Shown here piece by piece: positions 17,759 to 26,325 of a stretch of DNA of 45,448 nucleotides. Origin of the DNA: a virus. Taxonomy: Duplodnaviria > Caudoviricetes. The stretch is taken from positions 1 to 45,448 of the IMG/VR virus record IMGVR_UViG_3300032253_000003. One strand, 5' to 3'. The stretch's first letter is position 1, and the number at the start of each line of letters is the position of its first letter. The notes below the pieces were generated by a model that saw nothing but the letters and a program-made list of their open reading frames with translations, was not told the origin of the DNA and did not search any database. Made by a program: the position numbers and the translations under genes.

Positions 17759-20700
17759 TTACTTATTCCGCTCTTTTCCTTCTACCAGTGAGCCCCATAC
17801 ACCCTGCTCTGGGTCTGACATCCCTTCGAGTGTTCGCGCTACCTGACCAGACCCGGGCAATGGAGCTAATGGCTGAAGCCCTCTTAATATGCTGGCCACT
17901 GTATTCGCATCCAGTTCATCGTCGCCCGTCATTAGTCCCTGCATTTCTTTACTTACTCTGATTGTTCCATCAACGAACTTTAATCCCGGTATAGAAGGGT
18001 TAAACCCATCCATTCCGCTGGCTAAATCTCTGACCAGAAACAATGACGACATATTGTAATATGCAATCTCCTTAAGTGCGTGAGGCAGTATTTTTTCCTC
18101 ATCTTCTGGAATATCATCGAGCACCCACATTGCCAATAAAGCAGGGGCAATGGCCATCCATCCTAATCTACGCGCATATTCCATAGGGTTAATATCGCCG
18201 TTCTTCAATAGCTGGGCATTCTCCACGTGAAGATTCCACGTTAAATTAAAGAATGTGCCCATGAAGGTTATTTGTTTCTCGGCCTCGCTCTTATTTAAAA
18301 TTGAGCCAACATCTTTAGAAAGCCCCGAACCTATGGTTTTTGCCACCATCTCATCGGCATATAAAATCGCTTTCTTTTCGCTCGCATTAGGATGATCTTT
18401 TTTATACTTACTTAATGCTCCCATCCATGTTGGATAAGCTATTAACGAGTCCATAAATGTTTGTGGAGCAAAGGCCATTGTTTTCATTTTTCCTAAAGCT
18501 GGATGAACTGAGTCTATTTTAAGTAACTGTTCACGTGCTTCACGGTTAACTAGCGCGGTCCGGTTTCGCATAAACGCGCTGGCCTCACTGATTTTATCCC
18601 AGTTTTCCCTCGGATTGCGGTAAAACTCAAAAGAACCCTTCAGTACATTTATGCCGCCAAGCTGTGAAATAGAGTTAGTCACGGCGATAGGCTGCTGGAC
18701 AATATTTCTAAGACTTCCCGCTAAGAATCCATAGGTTAGATTGGAGCGAACAAACTTTAATCCCTTCCATAATCCCTGTGCTGGGTTTTCTGGCTGGGTT
18801 AATGTGCTTAATGTATTAGTTAAATTGTTATAGTAAGGTTCCCCATGCCCTTTCATAATACTGGTTACTATCTCGTTATTCACGCCTTTAAACATTGAGT
18901 TCAGATGATCCGATAATTCAGCATAAGAAATATAATGAATCTCTTCCTGTATGTCCTGAAACAAATGGCCTAATTCTAAATCTACTTGGCGGCCGCCCGA
19001 GCCGACACGTTCATTCATTGATGAAGCCGTACCAATCTTAATAGATTTATTCTGAGCCCTATCGACCGTTATTTCAGTCCGGGCACTATCAGCAGGATCT
19101 TTTAAGTAATGCAGTCGATAATGGCCGCCTGTCAGCTTTACATCATTAACAGTAAACGGCAAAGCCTCGACTTTGGCCGGTGCCACGCCTTTTCGATTAA
19201 CCTCAACCTTTGACATCTCAGGCCATAGCGCATCCTTAGCTGCCCATATTTTATTTAATGCCTCAAGCTCAGGCCTTGACATGGTTGAAAGCATGGTCGT
19301 AATGTCATTTGCTGTGTAAGCATCGGGGAATTTAGCGTTAAGCCCTTCCAGCACAGCATCTCGATTTCCTTGATTACCCCAGTTTAAAGCGAGGGTAAAT
19401 CTAGCCCGGTGACTTAACGTAAAATCAACGCCATCAGCTTTTGTAATTGTTTCCTTCTTGAATTTGTTTATTTGTTTTGTCACGCCCTTAAAAGCTGCGT
19501 TCATAGAATCAGCCATTAAATCTGTCAGTTCTAATTCCTTATTGCTGGCATCGGTGATTTTTTCATATTCTTGAGCCATTGGGCCATCTTCTTTAAACCC
19601 GTCCAGCGTTTCAAATATTCCGCCGATACGTCTATGTGAGTAGCCAAACTCAAGAAAAGAATCTTTGATTCGCTCTGTTGTGGTTACCTCATGGCGCGGA
19701 GCAATTTTCTTTTTAGCAAACTTATCAATCGACTCAGCCGCTTCCTGCCGTTTAACCATTAATTCGTTCTTAGCCGTATCAGAAAGCTTGCCACCTACAA
19801 ACCGCATGTGCCGCAACTGATCGGTAAGCCCTTTTAATTCATTGGCTGTAAGGTCGTTAAATTCAGGCAACACATAATCAACCGGCTTCCCGTCTTGCCT
19901 GGCCACAATCATTTCAATAATATTGGGGTCAAATATAGACAGATCCACGTAGTTGTTTGGATCGTCCATTTGAGTGATCATCCAACTAACCACGCGCTCG
20001 ACATCTAATGACTTTCTTGCATCGCCCTGTCTCATGTTATAAGACTTAGCTAACATTCTTATGTTTTGAGCATACGAAGGATCTACCGATTTAGGTGTGT
20101 ATTCCCGTGTTTCAAAACCTTTCACCTGTTTGCGCTGCTTATTCATCTGGTCTCGCGCGGTTACCGCTTCACGATACAGATAATGATTAGCTATTTGCTG
20201 AGTCTTGGCGGTTAATATTTCCTGATCGTCGGTAGATGTCACCGCTTTTTTAGCCGCACGTATTTCAGCATGATAAAATTTATTAGGTTTTATCTCTTTG
20301 TACTTCATTGAACCGATTAACTTCTTAGCCTCAGCCTTAAGATACTCACGATTAATGGGTGATTTTTTCCGACTTAATGCGCGAATCTCTTGTATAACGA
20401 CTTTTGCCTGTTCTTCATTGTGAATCGACTCACGGGCCTCTAATTCAATACGGCCATCATTGAGCATGTCACCGTATTTCTCAACCATACGAGACTCAGC
20501 AGCATTATGTGCGGCAATCTTCAGAGTGGGCTGTGATGTTATTTCACTTACCATCTCTTTTACAGAGTTAAACCCGTATAGCTCGGCTACCGCTTGAGGA
20601 TCTGCCCCGTCTTTTTCAACAGTTCTATTTCTTAATTGCGGTGGAATTGAAGTAATATTACCAAGTTCTTTGAGTGATCCTCTATCCATCGGCATTTCAA

Positions 20701-23700
20701 GCGCAGCATCTAATACCTGATAGCTCGGGAGCTTTTCAAGCCTTGCTTTCTCTTCATCAATTAAAGGCTCGCGCTCATCATTCCATTCTTTGGTTTTACG
20801 TTTACGAAGCTCATCAATAACTTTTTGATTTAGATCAATAGTTGCTGTGTTTTTAGCTTTGTTAACTTGGCTCTGGTATTTATCCCACTCAGCATCGGTC
20901 ATACCGGCTTGTTCTTTTGATTTAAAGAACTGATCATAAGCCGGGTTAGCCATTGCCTGCTCTATCTCTGCCTCAGTAGCAAGCATTCTATCCATGTACT
21001 GGCGTATCTCAGGCGTTAAATCTGCATTCGCTAACCTTGGGTCAGTTAACGTGCGGTAGATGTTTGTAAGCCAGCGAGCGAAGGCGGCGAAAGTGTCTCG
21101 CAATTTTAATGACGGCGCTTTGCCTTCACGTAGATAAACTTCAAATGTTTCGGCAAATTTCTCATGCTCTTTAGTTGTCAGGTCTTCAAACGATTCAACC
21201 TCTAACCAATCGAGTAAAACCTTCTGGTCTTTAGTTTGACCGAATTTCTTTGCAAATCGGCTTTCCATCTCTAAAAATAAATGACCAGATTCGTGAAGGA
21301 ATGAACTTAGATCAGAGGCTTGAGTTAGCCTTATGATGCTTTCATTTTTGTCTGTGAATTCTATTGATGCTCGATCTGTGCCCGTATCTGGCTGGCCAAA
21401 TATTCTAGGATCTACGTCTGTGCCGGAAGTACCACGCTTAATTTCGTTCCCTTGGGCATCTCTGACAACTGCGCTAAATGGCTGTTCCCCGCGTCCGGTT
21501 CTTTCGCCTCTTCCTTCTCGGGCGATTTTTTCCGCTTTAAGTCTTTGGTCTGCGACATCTTTAGATTCTCCTATTCCGTATGTAACATTTAAGCCGGTTA
21601 GAGTAATGACTTTACCGTCTGGCTTCGTGGCTTTGATTATCGCTTGAGACAGAATCTCATCGACTTTCTTTAGTATAGTCTCAATTTCGGCTTGTGTTTC
21701 GCCCAGCACATAAAACTCATCACCTGAAATGTGATACGCGGCATCTGTTTGTGATTCAATAGCATCGGCCACGGCCTGCAAAAGTGCATCACCATGATCC
21801 GGGCTTAGATTGTCGTTTATCCATTTAAGGCTATCGGCATCAATTGAACCGACAACCGGTGCAGTTTGAACGTCAACCACAAAAGCTTTCCGACCTTTTA
21901 TCCCGGTAAGCTCATGCTTTAGTATTTGGTTGATTAATTCTTCCTGAGACATATCCGCGTATAAATCACGAGCTTTGCTTGACTTTCTTCTGTCACGGGC
22001 CTTATCGTCTGGTGTGGCTCTCTTTTCCGTTTCCTTGGTTTTATTTAAAATATTGGCTTTATCTGACTCTAGCCCAGCGATTCTTTTTTGAACGTCTGAT
22101 TTGCGTACATCATTATCAGGCATACCATCTAAAAGGCTTTGGTAGTTATCAATTCTATTGTTGATGCTGTCGTATATTTTTTTAGCATTAAAGCTTTCTG
22201 GCACAAGATCACTGATTTCAGTGGATTCTAAATCCATCTGTATTTCGACATCATCCGGTATTTTTGGCCTGGCTGTAACCGCCTCAGCTTCTACTTTTCC
22301 TTTGCCAGTTGAAAAGCCCATCATCTCATAGACTTCTTGCGGCTTAACATCATGCCCCATTAATCTTGCTTTCTCAACGTAAGTTGCAACCGCAGCAGGG
22401 TAGATAGCCGCACTATGTCGGGCTGTTTGCTCGCTTTGCATTCCTGTAGAGACAATCTGCTCTTTTACATCTTGATATATTTTTTCAGATTCCGTGACAA
22501 CTTCTTTTTCTTTTGCGACTTTATCAAGTAATGATTGAATCTCGCCGCGGTCACCTTCCTCTAATTCGGCCTGCGTTTGGGTGCCTTCGCTTAATTTTAT
22601 GTGAGGTCGTAATAACGCCATCCATTCATCATTCTTAGCTATCTCACTGACAAACTTACTCATGGGTATAGCAATATCAGCACCTAACTCATTAACCTGC
22701 TCAATGATGTAATCGGGGGCATTCTCCATATCCATTGCAACATCATTCGGGATAAGCACATCTCTATCGCCTACCGTTTTAATGAAGTCTTCAAACTGAC
22801 CGGCGGCGCGTTTATTCGTTGCGCTTGACTGCGCATAACTAATTACTTGGTCAATCGTGGCTTGTTCTTGGGTTGTTTGTTCATCGGTGATGATTTGCTG
22901 ATTTGTTTTATTAGTAACCGCCTCGACTGTGGCAGTGGTTGCTCGTATACCTCCACCCATACCCGCACCGGCAACCAGTCCGGCAAATTGTCTATCAAGC
23001 ATTTCAGTAGCGGATAATTTCTTTTTAGTACCCGCAGTCTCGCCAAGGTATTCAATTCCTTCTTGAATAAATTCGGTTCCACCTTCCACCGCCGCAGCAA
23101 CACCTGTAGCCTTCATTGCGCCTTTAATGCCTACCGCTTTTCCAACCCCAAACGTAAACTTTGCGCCCAGCCTTTCGGTTAAGGCCACAATGGTTGCCGG
23201 TATCAAAGATGTGGCAAGGTCGGCCCAGGTCACGTCTTCTCTTTGATCGTTTGTCACCCTGCTTTCTGCGATTTCTTCCGTTCTTGATGCAACATAAGCG
23301 GGAAGCGTATAAATTGCAGCAAGCATATGAGGCAATGATTGAATGCCTTGCTCTGCAATGTATCCGGCTAAATTTGTGGGTGTAACATCGCCTTTTAATT
23401 TCTCCCACGTAAAGCCTGGCTGATAATCAAACGCTTTCCCTTCTGATACCGCCTTACCAACATGAGTTAAAATACTCGGCGTTTCTACCGGCATATCCCA
23501 TGTCCACGAAATACCATCATCACCAATCATAATCCCCGGGTTAGGCATACCCGCAGAATTAACCATGAAATCATCGAAGTCCTCTGATACATTACCCATA
23601 ACTTCAATCAGATTTCCGGTCACGGAATTGACTGTATCTAGCCCTCCACGGGCCGCATTATTCCAGAATCCGCGCTCAGGCTCTTTTAGAGTATCTTCCA

Positions 23701-23992
23701 TGCCCTTAAGAATATCTAAATCATCAATTGCAACAGATGAGTTTTTTGGATCGGTTAACCATGTAGAAGTATTTGGGTGAGATTTTTCTAACTCAGGCAC
23801 GTTGATTTCAGCAATTAACTTTCGTCTTTCTATCTCAGGCTTATTGCTCTTATAAACTCGCCCATCAATTGGCGTTAAATTGCTCTCAGCTATAATGTCA
23901 GGGTCTCCACGACTTGCAATATCAAGCGATTCATTCAAGGTAGGCTTTGCAAACATGCCATTTAGTGATTTCAGCTCAGCATCATTTAGCAC
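17759..23992 (-). CDS. Large internal virion (ejection) protein with GGDEF-like domain and HExxH motif
   Basis: Position of T7 gp16 analogues; aa ~690-825 GGDEF-like (S756GDEF); H900ESGH. Confidence 0.8.
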   Translation of the reverse strand: MLNDAELKSLNGMFAKPTLNESLDIASRGDPDIIAESNLTPIDGRVYKSNKPEIERRKLIAEINVPELEKSHPNTSTWLTDPKNSSVAIDDLDILKGMEDTLKEPERGFWNNAARGGLDTVNSVTGNLIEVMGNVSEDFDDFMVNSAGMPNPGIMIGDDGISWTWDMPVETPSILTHVGKAVSEGKAFDYQPGFTWEKLKGDVTPTNLAGYIAEQGIQSLPHMLAAIYTLPAYVASRTEEIAESRVTNDQREDVTWADLATSLIPATIVALTERLGAKFTFGVGKAVGIKGAMKATGVAAAVEGGTEFIQEGIEYLGETAGTKKKLSATEMLDRQFAGLVAGAGMGGGIRATTATVEAVTNKTNQQIITDEQTTQEQATIDQVISYAQSSATNKRAAGQFEDFIKTVGDRDVLIPNDVAMDMENAPDYIIEQVNELGADIAIPMSKFVSEIAKNDEWMALLRPHIKLSEGTQTQAELEEGDRGEIQSLLDKVAKEKEVVTESEKIYQDVKEQIVSTGMQSEQTARHSAAIYPAAVATYVEKARLMGHDVKPQEVYEMMGFSTGKGKVEAEAVTARPKIPDDVEIQMDLESTEISDLVPESFNAKKIYDSINNRIDNYQSLLDGMPDNDVRKSDVQKRIAGLESDKANILNKTKETEKRATPDDKARDRRKSSKARDLYADMSQEELINQILKHELTGIKGRKAFVVDVQTAPVVGSIDADSLKWINDNLSPDHGDALLQAVADAIESQTDAAYHISGDEFYVLGETQAEIETILKKVDEILSQAIIKATKPDGKVITLTGLNVTYGIGESKDVADQRLKAEKIAREGRGERTGRGEQPFSAVVRDAQGNEIKRGTSGTDVDPRIFGQPDTGTDRASIEFTDKNESIIRLTQASDLSSFLHESGHLFLEMESRFAKKFGQTKDQKVLLDWLEVESFEDLTTKEHEKFAETFEVYLREGKAPSLKLRDTFAAFARWLTNIYRTLTDPRLANADLTPEIRQYMDRMLATEAEIEQAMANPAYDQFFKSKEQAGMTDAEWDKYQSQVNKAKNTATIDLNQKVIDELRKRKTKEWNDEREPLIDEEKARLEKLPSYQVLDAALEMPMDRGSLKELGNITSIPPQLRNRTVEKDGADPQAVAELYGFNSVKEMVSEITSQPTLKIAAHNAAESRMVEKYGDMLNDGRIELEARESIHNEEQAKVVIQEIRALSRKKSPINREYLKAEAKKLIGSMKYKEIKPNKFYHAEIRAAKKAVTSTDDQEILTAKTQQIANHYLYREAVTARDQMNKQRKQVKGFETREYTPKSVDPSYAQNIRMLAKSYNMRQGDARKSLDVERVVSWMITQMDDPNNYVDLSIFDPNIIEMIVARQDGKPVDYVLPEFNDLTANELKGLTDQLRHMRFVGGKLSDTAKNELMVKRQEAAESIDKFAKKKIAPRHEVTTTERIKDSFLEFGYSHRRIGGIFETLDGFKEDGPMAQEYEKITDASNKELELTDLMADSMNAAFKGVTKQINKFKKETITKADGVDFTLSHRARFTLALNWGNQGNRDAVLEGLNAKFPDAYTANDITTMLSTMSRPELEALNKIWAAKDALWPEMSKVEVNRKGVAPAKVEALPFTVNDVKLTGGHYRLHYLKDPADSARTEITVDRAQNKSIKIGTASSMNERVGSGGRQVDLELGHLFQDIQEEIHYISYAELSDHLNSMFKGVNNEIVTSIMKGHGEPYYNNLTNTLSTLTQPENPAQGLWKGLKFVRSNLTYGFLAGSLRNIVQQPIAVTNSISQLGGINVLKGSFEFYRNPRENWDKISEASAFMRNRTALVNREAREQLLKIDSVHPALGKMKTMAFAPQTFMDSLIAYPTWMGALSKYKKDHPNASEKKAILYADEMVAKTIGSGLSKDVGSILNKSEAEKQITFMGTFFNLTWNLHVENAQLLKNGDINPMEYARRLGWMAIAPALLAMWVLDDIPEDEEKILPHALKEIAYYNMSSLFLVRDLASGMDGFNPSIPGLKFVDGTIRVSKEMQGLMTGDDELDANTVASILRGLQPLAPLPGSGQVARTLEGMSDPEQGVWGSLVEGKERNK

Positions 23993-25559
23993 TACGTTGA
24001 TCCTTCAGTGTTTTATAAGCCTGCATAAACTGCGCATGGTCAGGATTTATCCCGTTATCCATGAAATATTGACTTATATCATTAAACGCATCCGGGTCAT
24101 CTTCTTTAGCCAGGTCAAGCATGTCAGTTTTTTCCTGCTCATCCATCTCAAATATCGGCTTGGTTCCACCCCACCACCATGAGGTATCCTGCTCCATTAA
24201 TGCATTGTCAATGTGCTTGTCGCGCTCTTCATTAGTTGGCGGGAACCCGTCTTTTTCTTGTTTATCCATAAACCATTCAGCTACAGACTCACTCAACTTA
24301 GCTTTTCTTTCTTTGGAGTAGCCCGGCGCTTTATTATTTATTGTTTGAGTAATAGTGAATAGAGATTTGTTTTCAGGTGTTACGCCATCAACCGATATTT
24401 TTGACCACTGCTTTTGCTGACTATCACTCAATGAACCCGCATTACTAATAAAGTAATCCCTTAAATCTTGGAATTTTTTAGTTTGATACAGTGTATTTAG
24501 ATCATCTTCAGCTCTAATATTAAACGGAGTCTTGTTTTTAGCCACAGATGATGACTGAGCCGACATTAAACTATTCTGCTGTGATGGGCTCATACGCTCC
24601 AAGTCTTCTCGGGGAATATCATTAATTGTTGACTCACCCATTCTCACAGGCAAAAAGTATTGATCAAATAATTCGGACTGATCTTCTATCACGGCTCGAT
24701 CTTGCTTATTCTTAGCGTAATCGTAGCGCTGTTCAATATCAGCTCTTAACTCTGGATCTTTGCTGTATTTTTTATCAATCTTTTCCATCACCTGTTTACG
24801 ATCAATCCCGGCACCCATGTACTCATCAACCTGAGTTTGCGCCTTGCCTATGCGCAGCTCTTCCTCAGTCGCATTTTTCAATGCCACGTACTGATCTGGT
24901 GGTAATTGATTTTTTAGCTGCTTCAGCGCCCACATGCGCTTCTCAACAGGCAACATAGACACATGCGCCTTTGCTGTGTCATCACGCATACTTTTAAGCA
25001 GGGCTGCGCCTTCAGCTTCGTTAATATAATTCAAAGCCCTGGCTGATTTAATAGAATTTGTATAACGCTGATTTGCGCCGCCTAAAGCTGTGGGATCTGG
25101 ATCTCTCAAAGCCGCATCACGAATATTATCCAAATTAGTCATTAATTCGGCTTTCTTAAAGTCTACTTTTTTCCCCCATGCTTGATTGCTAACCTGCTCA
25201 CCCTGACGGGCAATGTCTTTTTTATATTTATTAACAAAATTAGCGCGTCTTTTCGGATCGGTAATCTTTGCAGCAACTTCGCCAAGCTTGCCCGTAACAT
25301 CACCGTCAAACCGTTGACGCATAGTTTCATAATCATCATCTTCATCAAATGAGTTGGCAGAACTAATTAAGTTTGTGTACATTTCTGCATCAGCAATCGA
25401 TACCTCTTCGTCCATCTTGTTTTGATGAATTTGAGAAGTTACCTGTGCTACATCAAGCAAGCCTTGACTAATATTTGCACCAGCCCCGCGCGTATCTATA
25501 TTCCCGCTAACTTGTGGTGTGGCTCTGCTTAACTGAGTGTAATCGGGTATTTTTGGCAT
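23982..25559 (-). CDS. Internal virion protein (gp15-like position)
   Basis: MPKIP start, helical composition, synteny. Confidence 0.7.
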   Translation of the reverse strand: MPKIPDYTQLSRATPQVSGNIDTRGAGANISQGLLDVAQVTSQIHQNKMDEEVSIADAEMYTNLISSANSFDEDDDYETMRQRFDGDVTGKLGEVAAKITDPKRRANFVNKYKKDIARQGEQVSNQAWGKKVDFKKAELMTNLDNIRDAALRDPDPTALGGANQRYTNSIKSARALNYINEAEGAALLKSMRDDTAKAHVSMLPVEKRMWALKQLKNQLPPDQYVALKNATEEELRIGKAQTQVDEYMGAGIDRKQVMEKIDKKYSKDPELRADIEQRYDYAKNKQDRAVIEDQSELFDQYFLPVRMGESTINDIPREDLERMSPSQQNSLMSAQSSSVAKNKTPFNIRAEDDLNTLYQTKKFQDLRDYFISNAGSLSDSQQKQWSKISVDGVTPENKSLFTITQTINNKAPGYSKERKAKLSESVAEWFMDKQEKDGFPPTNEERDKHIDNALMEQDTSWWWGGTKPIFEMDEQEKTDMLDLAKEDDPDAFNDISQYFMDNGINPDHAQFMQAYKTLKDQRSAK

Positions 25560-25561
25560 TA

Positions 25562-25978
25562 TTAACCTTTATAAGCCTTATATATTCCAGCGCCACCACT
25601 TAATAGAGTAGTTAAAGCTCTTGTTTTTGACGCCTGCTTCTTTGTCTCGCCTTCATATAAACTGATATCTGCACCGGTTTCACCCTCATAAAGAGCGGCT
25701 AATGCATTGTAACTTGATTGTGCGCCAATATCCCCGATCACTTTTGTTGCGCCTGCATCGGTTGTGCTTCCACCGCCTGCGGCCATTGCTGCCCTTGCAT
25801 TGGATTCTAATATTTCGCCTTCTCTTCCTGCCTCATATGCTTTATGGCTACCGGCGGCCCTCTGTGTTTTTGCTTTAAATCTTGCTGACTTTTGAGCTGC
25901 CTCGCCTTCGGAAATAGAACCGGCAACACCAAGCATAGTGCTTGCCCCAACCAGGCTTAACGTTACTGGGTCGGCCAT
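25562..25978 (-). CDS. Small internal virion protein (gp14-like)
   Basis: MADPVT start, A/G-rich, hydrophobic ends, synteny. Confidence 0.75.
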   Translation of the reverse strand: MADPVTLSLVGASTMLGVAGSISEGEAAQKSARFKAKTQRAAGSHKAYEAGREGEILESNARAAMAAGGGSTTDAGATKVIGDIGAQSSYNALAALYEGETGADISLYEGETKKQASKTRALTTLLSGGAGIYKAYKG

Positions 25979-26325
25979 TTGTAAATCCTCTTATACATGT
26001 GCTCAAATCCAACGTATTCTAAAAATGACATTGAGTTTTCTTCCTTCTCGCTGGCCGAAGCATAAACAGGGTAATCATAGCTATTTAATATATCTCTCAT
26101 CTTTCTAGCCACCAATATAATGTATTTCTTATGATTCTTTAATTCAGCCTTCATGCTTCCAAAAGCTTGCAAGGGAGATGTATGCAAAACACCGGCAATG
26201 CCTAATATCTCACCATCTGATTCAACGACCACGCCTTTCATTGAAGCATCATACGGCTTGCCATAAAAAGAGATAATGTCATCTCTAGCCACCGGACGAA
26301 CGTGTAAGGTCGCCTTCAATCCCAT
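25963..26325 (-). CDS. GNAT-like tail assembly protein (gp13-like position)
   Basis: GEILGIAG ... SFLEYVGF pattern; synteny. Confidence 0.65.
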   Translation of the reverse strand: MGLKATLHVRPVARDDIISFYGKPYDASMKGVVVESDGEILGIAGVLHTSPLQAFGSMKAELKNHKKYIILVARKMRDILNSYDYPVYASASEKEENSMSFLEYVGFEHMYKRIYKWPTQ

